From the NCBI GenBank assembly GCA_051294905.1, contig CM119373.1, positions 808,001-872,000 on the forward strand: a stretch of DNA of 64,000 bases. The letters are read 5' to 3'. How positions within the stretch are numbered: the first letter of the stretch is position 1; each line of letters starts with the position of its first letter. This stretch comes from Botryllus schlosseri (Eukaryota). This document shows, in pieces, positions 36,786-50,749 of this stretch. The translations under genes and the position numbers were made by a program. The notes beneath the pieces are model-generated. The model searched no databases and had not been told where the DNA came from. It was given only the letters and a program-made list of their open reading frames with translations.

Positions 36786-39146
36786 CTCCATGGTAATTGC
36801 AGATTAACGCAAATTGAAACGGTTGATTTAATCAATCCTATTATCCCCCCCCCCCTTCCCAGCTGCACGGTTTCCGACAGTGGCTTCTAAATAGGTAGAT
36901 GACGCTGATTTTATTCGTTATTCACTCTGTTAGTTATGGCCTCGTGCAGATTATATGATGTGTAGAAATTAAACACATTCATGATTTACTGAAGTTCAGA
37001 GTTGTCATACTTTACTTGGTTGGCTATACAGTGGTTGGCTATACAGCAGTAAGGTTGAGATATGGGAAGAATGTCTAGCTTACTCAATACTCACTAACTA
37101 TTCTGCAAAAAGGTTGAGGATCATTATTCTACATACTGCTGCATCGCAAGCTTGCAGAAAAGTGGATATTTAGAGGTAGAATGCAGGTAACTTTTTGGAC
37201 CTACTTAGGTAAAGGCCAAAAAGAAGTCAGCCATCCCGGAGTTCTATATATCCCTGACAAAAACTTAATGATAGGTACAATGAGAAGAGACTTACCTGGG
37301 ATTGGTATGGTATAACCACGCATCTTTATGGATGGAAATCCCGCTTGGTTTCGATGTGGGTTACAAGTTACTAACCCATTCCTATTATCCATCCCACCTA
37401 ACCACTTAAATTCCACCTGGATACCAAGTGGGCGTGCTAGCTGGGTAGTAGTCGGCAAACACCATGAATACCCCCCAAAAAACAGTACATAGAGTACACA
37501 ATAAATGCAGTTATATATAAGGTTTTTGACTTTCTCCATCACTTCGAACTTATACACATAACCAATTCAACTTCTACTACAGGACAAGAAAAGACTCCAC
37601 AAAATCTTCCTATACTTTCCCCCACACAGATATCTGTCTTACTTTTTCCACAGATCCCTTTGCCAGCATCCCATGTTTTCTTCTTTTTAAATATCTCCTG
37701 TAATCCAAATAACGATTGAACTCACACTGATACACTACACACCTACACTAACATGTAACCGCATGTCATATCCAGCCTTCATTGTACAACCCTAACCCAC
37801 CACAGAATAATATATCCTTAACCCTAACCCACCACAGAATAAGTATATCCCTAACATAACTCTGACCGACTACCTCTTTATATCAACCACAAACCATAGT
37901 CCGCGACCCGCGGACCCGTATTTTGCGGCCCACGACATCTTTCGTTATGAAAGCAGTTTCTACTGGCATTGTATTCATTTCGATTTATTGCTACTAATTT
38001 CGTCATTTCAATGCACCACATACTGCGATACAATGAAAGATAGGAAGGTGTCGAAACGACTTGGAGTAGTCTTCGATATCACACATCCACCTGGCGTAGG
38101 CGAAAGAGGCATGCACAGTGCACACTCAATGAAAAGTAAAGATAGATAACATAGAAGGACAGGTGATAAAAAAGGTAGCGTGTGTCGGAACTAGGAAGGC
38201 GAGATCGATGTGTCAGGTCTTGGTCCGGTAAATAGAGGGCTATTGTTACACAATAATTTAGCTACTTAGCTCTCTTATCGCACCGTCTCTATTGTCTCGT
38301 TTGATTACTTGTTCTTTGATTTGCTCTGGTTTCTTGATATATGCTCGACTTTGGATTGTTATTGTTTTGAATCGATAGTCGGCTGGACTCAGGTTCAAGA
38401 GAATCCCACTGCGTAGCAGGCCTACACTTTTAAAGAGTGTTTCACTCACCGCGAATGGTTTGAACAGAAACAAGAATAGAGTAGGGGGTGGTAGGAAACG
38501 GATACCAGGGGTAATATGGACACTTGTCAGGTAAATTAGTATATTCGATCACTTACCAAGTAGGGTTGAGTATGTTTGGCGCCAAATATACGAAATAAGG
38601 CCGCCAAATATACGAAATAAAGCCATATCAACTCGTTACAGCGAAATCAGCAACAAGGTATCGATTTAGCTCTGTGTTGGTCGCCTTAGCGACTGTTGAC
38701 GCTTTCGTTGAGGAGGAAGAGTGACATATCTGTAGAATAGGCATGTAATCCGGACCTGTATGCCGGATGATGTCTGTGATTGCGACTATATTCGTGTTAT
38801 CGGTGTACTGCAAGGCGGTGCAGTGTAGATTATAAATTCGACTTGGGCGTTTGATTATGTTTACCGCCTGTTCATCAATTTTAAATATGTGATGTATCTG
38901 TTGCAGCTAGATGTGGCTGGCAGAGGGGGTAAACTTCATTTGGGGCCCACATCTTCCAAATGTCGTCGAATTATTTGGCGGATTGCTGTATCAAATTTAG
39001 ACTTGTTACCTGAATAGTAACATACATAAAGGATGTTATTGGTGTTATTTGGTAGCTGTATTCAATTGTAATTTGAAACCATTTTACATGTGTCCATATT
39101 ACCCCATGTTACAGATACCTTTAATTCTTTATACTTTTATGCTAAA

Positions 39147-42100
39147 ATGCCGCGAAATTTTCAATGAAAGAGTAATAGAGCGAGTTGGGATGAAAATGAT
39201 ATGAAAAAAGCAATAGATGAGGTTTCCAGATGATCAAAAATTAAGGCAGCAGCTAGAAGTTTTAACATACCAAGGGCAACTCTAATCCGTCACTTGTCAG
39301 GAGATTTGACAAAAAAGTCAAGTTCGAAGAAGCTAGGTAGGTCTTGTTTGTTGGGGTAGGCTAATGAGTCAAAACTGTTGACTCATATTCTAGAATTTGA
39401 GAGACGAGGTTTCCCACTTACTGTTGAAGACATAAGAAAATTGGCTTTTGAATTTGTTGAAGAAAATCATATTCTACATAATTTCTCCACTGGCAAAAAG
39501 ATGGGCTGGATTGGATTGGTGGAGGGGATTTCGTGGGCGTCACAAGGACACTCTGACAATCAGAAAGCCACAAGTATTATCTATTCAAAGGGCCATCCAC
39601 TTGAACAAGCCGATTGTTGATAAGTATTTCAAATTAATTCAAGAATTAATGACGAAATATGCGATTCTAGGGAACCCCGAACGGATATATAATGCTGACG
39701 AAACAGGACTGAGTTTGGTTCCTGGCGTGAAAATGTTGGCTGCAAAGGTTCCCGGTACTGTAGCCAAATAACAAGTGGAGAGCGGGGCCAACTGCGAACT
39801 GTTCTAATGGCAGTAAATGCAGCTGGTCTGTTTTTTTTGTCCGTTTTTACGGCGGCACAACTGATATCAGACGAGTGTAAAAAAGCAGTGATGACAAATA
39901 GCAACGTCGGCATAATTCGTCAGATGCGATTCGCAAATTTCTCCATCTTCAAGTCATATAAAATAAGCCGAGTCAATGACTTGGGTCGAGTCATGCGTAA
40001 TGACTCGAGTACAAGTTGAGTCAATCCAAATATTGACTCGAGTCGAGTCACAAAAAAATCGTGACTCGAGTCTGACTCGAGTCGAGTCATGACTCGAGTC
40101 ATTACAACCCTGCCGTCTACAATGGTATAGGGCTGTTTTAAGTAGGCTACAAGGTGAAAAATATCAAATGATAAGTTCACCGACAGTACAAAATCTACGA
40201 TACAATCGAAATGCAGAGGTTAAAATTTTTTGACTTTGTTACCAATTTTGACAAATTTTGACCTAACGCTACAATTTCGACAAAATTTTAACAAATTTTG
40301 ACATGTCAAAAAAAAATAGCCCTACTCATCCAGAGCATCTGGGCACTATCCTTTTGTACGTCAGCAAACGCATCGAATTAAGGAATTGGTAATATTGTTA
40401 TTTACTACAATGCAAGGTCAATGGACGGACAGTTCCATTCGTCCATCACGCAATACAGATAAGTGTCGGTTTTGAAACTTGAAATAATTTATAGTTATTT
40501 ATCTAACAGCAGCAAGTCCAGGTAACCATATAACCACGTCGATATGAAACTGTCCGTTCGAATCCACCCTTGTTCCAGCTAACTGACAATCTCTGATGCA
40601 TGAGGGCTTGGGATTATGACATAACAAGTTCAGAATTACTGCACAAGTGGCCAATTTCGAACCAGTTCAAGACGTGGGTCACAAAGCATTTTCAAACCTA
40701 AAAATTGGCAATGACATGACCCATAAAAGGTTGAAAACCGCTCCATTAGATTGAGTCGAATATGCCTGACGATCTATTTGAGATCAACGAAAGCGAAACC
40801 ATAGTGATTTACCGTAGGGTTGATCGATTTTACAGCCTTTACCAAGGTGCTTGGTTTTACTCCGAAACGCTTCTTCTCTCGATATTGTCAAAGACAAGAA
40901 TATTATTCGTGTTGGCGTGGTTGGTTAAACCCACGGCCTTCGGCGCGAATGACTAGATCGATTTTTCAGCCTGGCTACGAATACATTGCACGTTAGCCTA
41001 CACACCTTGACGCTAAATGATTGTTGAAATTTGCGTTCCTGGTATTTTTAGGAGTCTCAGAACTGAATTAGTTATCTCATCATTCCGATTGCCTCCGATT
41101 GCCTCTAATCATCACACCGCAATCAATGTAGATGCGCAGTAGTCGCTATCGAAAGACTCTTCATTAGCGTTGCAACGTCTATGCGGGAGCAACAATTTCC
41201 AAGTTACACCTGCGTCACGAAAGACAGTATTTTTGTAAGCAAGAAAAATGGTAAAGTGCAGCAGTAACAAGTCACAAAGCCGTACGGACGGAAAATGACA
41301 TGTGAAACTGCGCAAGAGGATTTTTAAATCTCGAATGTCGTCATCGTCAATCGGTGCGAAGAAGATTAAGATCAAAGCTGTGCCGCAGTTTGCAGAACAC
41401 TGCGTCGCCGGGGAAACTATTGATTATCAGTGCCACGCCTTGTCAAGCCTACCCACGAGGAACTGCTGAGAGCATGGCGTCGCGTTCAAAATAAGCGCAT
41501 CAACGTCGAACGAGAACGGGTTCTTTTGACGGCAAAAGCCGCGAGAATTGGATATCTGTTGAAAAGTACCGACGAACACACCACCGTGTCAATTTTACTG
41601 ATTTTATTGAATCATATTATTCCTGGAAGTAAATACACCAACCGCATTATGTAACATCTTGTGTGTCCCGTGTCTGCCTTGTGTGTCCCGTGTCTGCACC
41701 CAATGAGGTAGACTCCACCAATGGTAATATTCAAGGGGAAGAGACCCAATGCTGGCTTGGAACGTGTCATGCCTCCTACAATTGTAAAATACAGTGAAAC
41801 TGGCTACATAAATCGTGATTTGTTTCATGAGTGGATGGATAAGCAAAATGTGTCTGGCAAAACATTGCTGATGGCCATGGGTCGCATACAAGATGTGGAA
41901 AAGCTCTTGCGTATGCTGCGGAGAACAATGTGGAAATTGTGAGTCTTCCTCCGCATACCAGTCATTATCTTCAGCCGCTTGATAAAATCCATTTTAAACC
42001 GCTCAAGGACTACTACAAGGAGGCTGCTCGAATGCGCCTACGAAATAATCCCGGAATGGGTATATCAAGGCTGGATTTTCCCGAGTTGTTCTGCAAATCG

Positions 42101-43980
42101 TAAATGAAAGTGACCACTATGAGCAGGCCGTGTTATTTTTGGCATTTCAGGAGCCAGATGCCAAAACTGCCAAAAATAATGTGAAAATGCCAAAAATAAG
42201 CAATTTTTGGCATATGCCAAAAATAACACGGCCTACCAAATAGTGTATTTCGTTCATGGTGTTGTGAGGACCGCGTTACAAGCGAGAAGAGCGTTTGTGA
42301 AAGTCAGGTTTCTTAATCTGGGTCTAGCCGACCACAGGGGTGAAAGCATGGTGTCCTAAATGGTGTGGGCACAGCGAGATTGAACGGCTGACTGCATTTG
42401 GTTTACGTCATACTTTCCATTTGTCCAAAGGCAATTTTACGACCATTTTTGACGGGCTTGTCGAGCGCTACATTTGATAAAACGGGTATCAATGAGAAGC
42501 TGCCGCAGTACTGATTCTTAAAATATAAATTATATTCTTCTCATGGAACTGGAACCCCCAAAATCAACCAGTCTTGTTGCGTCAATGTTCTTAAACAAGC
42601 TAACCTTCCTAGGACTCTTCCATGCGAGTAGGTAATATTAAAGCCACCTGAAGTGACAAAAGTCCTCCAAAAATATATCGGTAGACTGAAGGAGAAATGA
42701 TAGTCGGGCTACTAAATAAAATGTATTGAGAGACAACACAGGAAACTCCTGGAAAAGGATCGGGAAGAAAATTCCTTCCGCGATGAGATAGATGGCACTG
42801 GCGAAGTGATCTCTTTTCATGATGCATGGAAGCTGGTTCGGCCGTCCAAAGATTTTGAAGCTCTGAAATCCTTTTGTGGATGACTGGCAACATTCTTTCC
42901 CTCAACGGCTACTGTTGAAGCCGATATTTCCCAGATTCGCTGGGCGAGAAATAAATTTAGGAGAAACTTGGCTGACTTGCGTTTGTAAGCACTGTTACAG
43001 TGCAAACGATTTAAGTCTATTCAACAGATGTAACAATAAGCTGTTGAGCGTGTTTATTGTTAGGTTTTCTCTTTTTTTGCTTATTGGCACCGATTCCGAT
43101 GGATACTGCACATTTTGTGGTTTCGTTTGATATTATTAATCTATGAAATCGTTAGGTTTTTCTTATCATTGTTTGTTGGCACTGATTATACGTGGATGCT
43201 GCACATTTTGTGGTGTCTTTTGACAAACTAGCCCAAATAAAGCTTTTTTGTGACTAATTTGAGGCTGAAACTATCTATTTAGAGGACGATGCCAAAACTG
43301 CCAAAAATAAAAATCGAAAAATGCCAAAAATAAGTTATTTTTTGCAGTTTTGGCATATGCCAAAAATAACACGGCCTGACTATGAGGAATGCTGTACAGT
43401 CTATTAAATCAACTGGTCTCTTTCCTCTTGAAAAATCGGTAATTCCCGACGTCGCATATGAGCCATCAAAAACAACTGATGTACAGATCCGAAGCTCTGA
43501 TCCTATGCCGACTGAAGACGCATGCTGTAGTTCTACCATTTCAACGAGCTTCTGTAGAGATGTCAACACCATCTCATCTCGTTCATTGGAAGATGAAAAT
43601 GCAGCAGCGAGTTCGTTTCAGAATATATTACCATTTCCAGTGTTCACTCAGAAAAGAAAAACAAGAAATCAATCGAGACATGAATTCGAGTATTGACAGG
43701 TCAGACATACAGAAATGAGCTTAGTGCCTTGGAGAAGGTTCAATCAACAAAACCAGTTCAGCCAGTCAAGCAAGTTGAGAAAAATCGTTGCGCTAGTATC
43801 AATGCGGTTACCTCAAGTGTAAGTTCAGAAAACAATTGTGGTATATGTGGTGGTAATTTTTATGAGGATGAGAATGAGGGTTGGATTCAATGTCAAATTT
43901 GTGATGCATGGTACCATGATATATGTGCTGTTGTCTATGGTAGAGGTGTGGTAACATTTATGTGTGACAATTGTGCATAA
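39147..43980 (+). pseudogene. pogo-like DDE transposase: psq HTH, CENP-B HTH, DDE_1 and a C-terminal PHD finger
   Basis: AARSFNIPRATL; RGFPLTVEDIRKLA; RIYNADETG; PPMVIFKG; DGHGSH; LPPHTSHYLQPLD; STGLFPL; CGIC...WIQCQICDAWYHDIC...FMCDNC*. Confidence 0.9.
42124..43378 (+). mobile_element. hAT derivative inserted in the pogo transposase
   Basis: TIR CAGGCCGTGTTATTTTTGGCA; perfect TSD ACTATGAG; hAT C-terminal remnant ...ATFFPSTATVEADISQIRW... Confidence 0.9.
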
Positions 43981-44751
43981 GCAACAAGCCTACTTGCTTC
44001 TATAATTAAAATGTTTGTTCTCTCTTTATTACAGGTCAAAACTTGGTAGGCCTATATGGTTTCTATAAATGTTTCAGATTATTATATTATTTATATTAGC
44101 ATTTTATACAGTTCTTTATACTCATAATTGGTCTTTAAAACTTGCAGATATTCGACTTGATTGTTTACTACTTTAGTTCTATGCTTTAGTGCTCAGCGGC
44201 ATTACAATGTTCATTTTTAGTAGTTCTATTTATGTATCTATATATTCAGAGATATTTTTATGTTATTTTTGTTATCGCAGTTTTACTGAAGTTATCGCAG
44301 TTTTACTGAAGTTATCTTAAGTTCTGACATTCAAATACATTCCGACTTGCTTAGAGCATGCAATTTCCATCTATTGACTGATTCTTCAATAGGTAGGCAG
44401 GAGATGGGGAAATATGGACACACAAGATTATTTTCCTCTCAATGGGTGGCTGATAGTTATGAAGGTCGTGACAGTTGTCAAGTGTAAAAAGTATTCACCA
44501 GATTATTACATATTGTACTTTTTATGATGTGTCCGTTTCACCCCACCTAGTGTCCGATTTACCCCATTTTGGAACATATTTTAAAATAATAAAATGACAG
44601 AGATGAAACGGCGAATGATTTTGCACTTTTAGAACTGAATATAAATCCGAGAAATACCGAGTCCGATATGGTTGCAATTACTCCTACTTTTCAGGGCGTA
44701 TGTAAAGCATATTAGTCATCGCAAACTGGTGCAGCACACCATATTTGAGAT

Positions 44752-45513
44752 CAGGGTTGCCAGACATCTTTTAAGAAAAAGGGCCAAACAGCGCCGGAAA
44801 AGGGGCCAAAAAGGGCTAAATTGTTCAATAACGTTAATAACGTTGCAACATTACCCACAGACCTTTTGTCAATCACCTGGAATTCCAGTCTTACATTGTT
44901 GATACTGTTGTAGGACTCCAAATCAACTACCTACAACTACAATAACTGCTATTATTTCAAGCCTTTTCCAACTGAATATAAAATCGTAAAATTAAAGTTT
45001 CTGTGCAATAATATGAGAGTGATTTAATTTTATGAATTTTAATTAAAAATTGAGAGAATAGTTTCTTTACATTGGAAACTTATCCAACTCAAGTTTTATG
45101 TCTTTCACCAATAACTCTCCGGTTATATTGAAGTTTTTTCTTTGAAATGTCTATCAATCATTAGGTACTATAAGGGTACTTTTCTTCAGACTTTTCTGCT
45201 ACTTAGCTTCCAACCATGTTCGATGCTTTTTCGTCCATGGACCTGTTCACAAATCTACAATTCCAACACAGTCTACCTCTACATTCTACAAAAACAAATT
45301 CAAATCTTCATCTTCTACAGTGTTTCCACTGAATCTTTGACATTGGCATACACATCGCCAGCTCAATTTGCGAGATACATTTATTTGAATAGCTAGTTGG
45401 ATGCTATTTCTCAGCTACTTCCAAAAAGAGCCAATTACTATAAAGGGCCAAGGGGCCAAATTGATTTTTTGGGGGCCAACTGCCTCTAAAAAGGGCCAAA
45501 TTTGGCAACCCTG
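44752..45513. mobile_element. hAT-type MITE
   Basis: TIR CAGGGTTGCCA; TSD TTTGAGAT/TGTGAGAT (7/8); AAAGGGCCA subterminal repeats. Confidence 0.85.
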
Positions 45514-46826
45514 TGTGAGATGGATGCCGCACAAATCTTTTTTGCTCAGAAGCTGTTATAGGGGCCGACCGGACCAGACTTGGACAACTAGAAAATTCTA
45601 GTTGTCTAATCACACTAAATTAGAGCGAAATGCCAGTAATCTAATTCTAATTTAATTTGTGAAATGTTCCTATGCTCTAATTCTAATTCTTATCTAGTTC
45701 GTGAAATCTTTATATGCTCTTGTGAAATCTTTATATGCTCTAATTTTAATTCTAATCTAATTTATTGTTGTCCTGACTCCTGAAAAGGCCTCGTTGTCTG
45801 CGACATTTCGTAGAAGTTAACAAGAATATACCTCTTGTGCAATGAAAACCTGAGCCAATCCGCCTATTGTGACAAATAATAGCCATACAGTCTCAGTAGC
45901 ATAGTCCGACACGACACAATGCAGGCTGGCAACGCGACAATCAAGGTAGTAGGCCAACCGGCACATACACAGCGTGTCTCGCAGTCGCAGTTAGTGTTCG
46001 AGTTGCGTGCAATGGCAAAGTGTTACAGAATTCGTACTATTGTGGAGCTGAATATTAACATGAACGAATCTCCACAAGATATGAACTGATGAGTTGATTC
46101 AAGTCATTCTGCTAGAGAGAAGCTGGGCAGTGACAACGAACTCTCAGAATCACTTCCCCTGTACTATGAGCTTGTCGACAAAGATGCAAGACGTCGTATT
46201 GCACGGTGTCTTCTATGTGTGAAGAAGGCAAAAAATTCCGAATTCAAGGGGTTCAAAAACTAATTGTCCAACTGGGAGGCTCATCTCTCTTGCAAGCACC
46301 CAAAGGATTATAGAAAGTACGTGGAAACCAAAGCCGAAGCTATGAAAAGGTCAAACGACTGCGATCGTTTCCGTGCATCAACTTCGAAAACTCACGCAAT
46401 AACAGGAAAGTCTCAGCCGATGATAACTGAACATTTTGAGAGTGACATTAAAATGAAGTATTCCAAGCATCACCCGAAGCAGAGGCAAATAACTAGGCTT
46501 CTACTTAAAACCGTGGGCTGTGCAAAGTGCATCACTACTAGAGCCCGACCGATTATCGGCTCGCCGATAATATCGAGTCGATATCACACTTGGAGAGAAA
46601 TATCGGTATCGGCCGTTGAAGGTAAAAAAATATCGGCCATTTTCGTGACGTCACAACATGGTGGCAGGGAGTCAGAGAAGTCGTGAGGACGGTAAATTAT
46701 GAAAAATAAATGGCCATGCTGCACATAGTGCATACTATATACAGGCAGTAGGCGTGCCTATCTGAATAATATTATGGATTACTAACCACCGTTATGCCCC
46801 ACTGACTTTGTGGGAATCCCCTACAG

Positions 46827-48383
46827 CAGTGGTTCCCAACCTTTTTCATCTCGTGCCTCCCTTGGTCGAAATTTGAGCCAAAATTCCCCCCTTAGGAGAA
46901 ATCTGCCCGATGATTAAAAAAGGTCATTTTTACCGCGCAAACACATGTTGAACGAAGAATATGACGAGCGGTACAGAGTGTTTGTTTATAGCAGGGCTGT
47001 AACAACACTTTGTAGACCTCCAAAAACAATGGTCTTGGTCCCAATCATACAAATTCTAGAAGGCTTTAATCAACAGACCCCCACACTTCTATTTGTGTTT
47101 TTTACCATGCACCAATCGCTAATATAACTGCTGTGAAAAATCAATATGCGTAAATCTACTGGTCACGTGATTTTTTTCTCAAGTTTGCGTATGTATTGGC
47201 CAATAATATTGGTACTTTCATATATAGCAGGATTGACCGGACTCGAGTCGGACTCGTAGTCACCATTTTCTGATGAGTCGACTTGATTCGAGTCATTTTC
47301 TCAAAATAGGGAAACGACTCGACTCGATTAGAGACAATCTGTGTATTGACTCGACTTGGACTCGAGTCATTGTGCATGACTCGAACCAAGCCATATGACT
47401 CGAGACTATAAGACGACCAAGACCGACATTCCAACGTAATTTCGAAGAACAGTAAAGTGGCCTTCCTATTGGAATTTCGGATATTGGTCCTGGTACTTGA
47501 AAATGCGACAAGAAACTGCTAAATGTGAGGAAAATTAGTATATTATAAATCAAAATCATTGAATATCACCAAACAGAATTATAAAAAGTGGGTTGGTTTA
47601 ACAAGACTTCAACTGGAAACTGAGCAGTCAACACAATGACTTGGTCTCGGATACGAGTCATAATACCATGACTCGGACTCGACCCTCTGCTCGGTGACTT
47701 GGACTCGGACTTGACTCAATGGGAAATTGAATTGACTCGACTTGACTCGAGTCAAAACTATAAAAGTGAGATTGACTTGGGACTCGGAGCCTCGTGACTT
47801 GGTTACAGCCCTGATGTATAACATACACGTGATCAGATTTCCTGCTGGGGCTCATTGAAATTTAGGACGCCCATTCCGTTTCGGCAACATTGCACCAAGT
47901 TTAACATGTCTTTTTTCGATCGGGTAGCTGTTCACCAAAAATAAAGCAAGGCTAGCGATCTCTTTGACTTGAATCGATGACGTTGTCACTGTCTGAAAAT
48001 GTTGATTTGAATATATAAAAATAAATACTTTCATTAGAGGCCTTGTTGTGATAAATTCGGCACGACATTTGCTCGCTTATATTATATTTGATTGAGAGGC
48101 CGTCGCTGGCCTATACAAAATTGTTTTGTGAACTGCAGCACATTTGAACTAGTTAAACAAGAAGGAATTTGTATGTGAAAAAGAGATTTCAAATAGCATT
48201 TGAACATACTTGCAGCAAAAAAACAGCTATAAGGAGCATACGTTTGGATATAACTGGTTGACTACATGTCAGTTCGAACATGAACAATTTGGGAAATCCG
48301 TTACAATTCTAAAGTGGAATTCCTCCCTAAAAATTGCGAGATTCCCCCCAAGGGGGGAATTCCTCCCCGGTTGGGAACCACTG
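46827..48383. mobile_element. Buster-type MITE (third level of the nest)
   Basis: TIR CAGTGGTTCCCAACC; perfect TSD CCCTACAG. Confidence 0.92.
46992..47813. mobile_element. hAT MITE with GACTC/GAGTC repeats (fourth level of the nest)
   Basis: TIR CAGGGCTGTAAC; TSD only partly conserved (GTTTATAG/ATGTATAA). Confidence 0.65.
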
Positions 48384-49809
48384 CCCTACAGTAATCGATC
48401 ACCAAAGACAGAGAGCAGCTGGGTGGATAGGATAGTTGTCTGCAGAAGATTTCAATCAGTAAGAGAAATGAGAACATCTATCATGCTGGACTGACCCTCG
48501 TGATGATAGAGAAAAGCGTCTCGTCGAAACATTTCTCGGAAGATGGTGCTATTGGTTCGGTACCAACAGAGATACCAGTAATGTATGAAGTCGTCTGACT
48601 GAGGCCTTCGGGGCCACCATGATAGGAAATATGCGAGCATAGAGGGCAAGAAAATCAAGCAAACGTGGAGTAAAGCCAATAATTGATACGAAAATTTTTA
48701 ATTCCATGATGACATAGGCCAATTCTGACAAAAGAGCGTGAAATATTGATCAATTGATTGTTTGAATGCTTGTCATGGACTCATGGTCAAGGCCCAAGGG
48801 GGATGGGTGGAGCAGTTGCAGACGTGGACAATTTCAGTTGTTTTGCACATTCTCTTCATCTATTTGTTAACGATGTGCTGAAGGCTCCAGGTGCACTGCC
48901 AGAAGAATATCAATAATAATATCAATATTTGGTGAAACCATTTAAGGAAAGATCTCCTGCAAGGGAGCGGTGGAACCGAAATGAAGAAAGATTTCCAATT
49001 CTTGCTGTGCCACTAACTATGGTACCAAGTGAAAGACTGCTCACTATGTTTAGTACTTTATACGTCATTCATGGAAGACCACATAAGTTCATTCCTTGGA
49101 GAAAGAGCCGAGAAATTGTGCTTCGTGAACTGTAATCTGCAACTGCTGGATTGGTGCTATTGATATATTTTTATAGCCCCTGGATCATTTATTTCATGTT
49201 CAAGCATATCAATGGCTGTAAAGTTGTTGAAATAAATGCTATGAGTTGTTAAAATTGGGCATTGAGCTAGATTCCATATCTTCTGAATATCGGCTGAATA
49301 TATCGGGTTTATCGGTGGAGGTACTGGATATCGGTCTTATCGGTATCGGCTCAGAAATCCAATATTGGTCGGGCTCTAATCACTACCACTCTCAATTGTT
49401 GAAAAACCAAGCTTTCGCGAGCTTATCGAGGAACTCAATGATAATTATGCAATTCCTCATCGGCAAACGATCAAAGAGACCCACCTTCCCTCTAGTGAAA
49501 AGCTCCAACAGCATCACAGTTGAAATGAAAGATTTAACTAGTGTGTACGTCACCGTTGATATGTGGACCAACCGCCAAATGCGTACTTTCATCGGATTTA
49601 CGGCACACTTCGTTGACAACGACTTTGAGCTAAAGTCTCGTCTTTTGTGCTGCGAATATTTTGCCGAAAGACACACTGCCGTCAACTTTCAGTTGCGAGG
49701 AGCGTAAAATTTCAGTACTCGAAAAAATAGTTTTTCACTACTCGACTCGAATCATTAAAATTAATACTCGATTCAGATTCGAGTACTCGAATCATTGTGC
49801 CCAGCCCTA

Positions 49810-50615
49810 GTCGTAAGATGAGGTGGTGGGGTTGCAGTTGCATGTGTGGGATGAGGTGGTGGGGTTGCAGTTGCATGTGCGGGGTTAGAATTGGGGTGGC
49901 AGGGTTGCGGTTGCATGTGTGGGGTTAGAATTGGGGTGTAGGCACGCGTGGGGAGAGGATTAGGGTGTCGTAAGATGAGGTTGCATATGTGGGGTTAGGA
50001 TTGGGGTGTAGGTACGCGTGGGGTTAGGATTAGGATGTCGTAAGATGAGGTGGTGGGGTTGCAGTTGCATGTGTGGGGTTAGAATTGGGGTGTAGGCACG
50101 CGTGGGGTGAGGATTAGGGTGTCGTAAGATGAGGTTGCATGTGTGGGGTTAGGATTGGGGTGTAGGCACGCGTGGGGTGAGGATTAGGGTGTCGTAAGAT
50201 GAGGTTGCATGTGTGGGGTTAGGATTAGGGTGTCGTAAGATGAGGTGGTGGGGTTGCAGTTGCATGTGCGGGGTTAGGATAGGGGTTGCATGTGTGGGGT
50301 TAGAATTGGGGTGTCGGCACGCGTGGGGTGAGGATTAGGGTGTCGTAAGATGATGTTGCATGTGTGGGGTTAGGATTGGGGTGTCGGAACGCGTTGGGTT
50401 AGGATTAGGGTGTCGTAAGATGAGGTAGTGGGGTTGCAGTTGCATGTGTGGGGTGAGGTGGTGGGTTGCAGTTGCATGTACGGGGTTAGGATAGGGGTGG
50501 CAGGGTTGCGGTTGCATGTGTGGGGTTAGGATTGGGGTGTCGGCACGCGTGGGGTTAGGATTAGGGTGTCGTAAGATGAGGTGGTGGGGGTGTCATAGGA
50601 ATGGGTTGGGGTTTA
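49810..50615. repeat. G-rich, telomere-like minisatellite (~70-bp mosaic unit)
   Basis: Repeats of GGGGTTAGGATTAGGGTGTCGTAAGATGAGGT and TGCATGTGTGGGGTTAG(G/A)ATTGGGGTGTAGGCACGCGT. Confidence 0.92.
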
Positions 50616-50749
50616 GGCTGAGGCTCATCCAACCCTAATTTCACGATATCAAGAATACAAAATGGTCATGGGGAACATTGCTTTTTGATGTTCATGTGGT
50701 TGTACGTGGACCCGGTGGAAATTCCGTATCATAGGTAAAGCTTACTTAC

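Larger units (their letters stand above)
38482..44556 (+). mobile_element. pogo-like (Tc1/mariner superfamily) transposon, interrupted by several insertions; ends approximate
   Basis: GGGGTAATATGGACAC / GTGTCC...ACCCC motifs at both ends (38508, 39090, 44405, 44529-44556) flank the transposase remnants. Confidence 0.75.
46539..49378 (+). mobile_element. Ac-type hAT derivative nested in the element above
   Basis: TIR TAGAGCCCGACC; perfect TSD ATCACTAC; ATCGG repeats; remnants SCFAHSLHLFV and VPSERL. Confidence 0.9.
46060..49809 (+). mobile_element. Ac-type (ZBED) hAT derivative hosting a nest; left end not resolved
   Basis: BED finger RCLLC...SNWEAHLSCKHP. After the insert the frame resumes SLPLSIVEKPSFRELI, then YVTVDMWT...GFTAHF. 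Right end ACTCGA repeats...GCCCAGCCCTA. Confidence 0.8.

Noticed and set aside
49810..50615. True telomere, or coding ORF 50335..50517
   Set aside because: No pure (TTAGGG)n run, the position is internal, and the ORF is a translation of the repeat.
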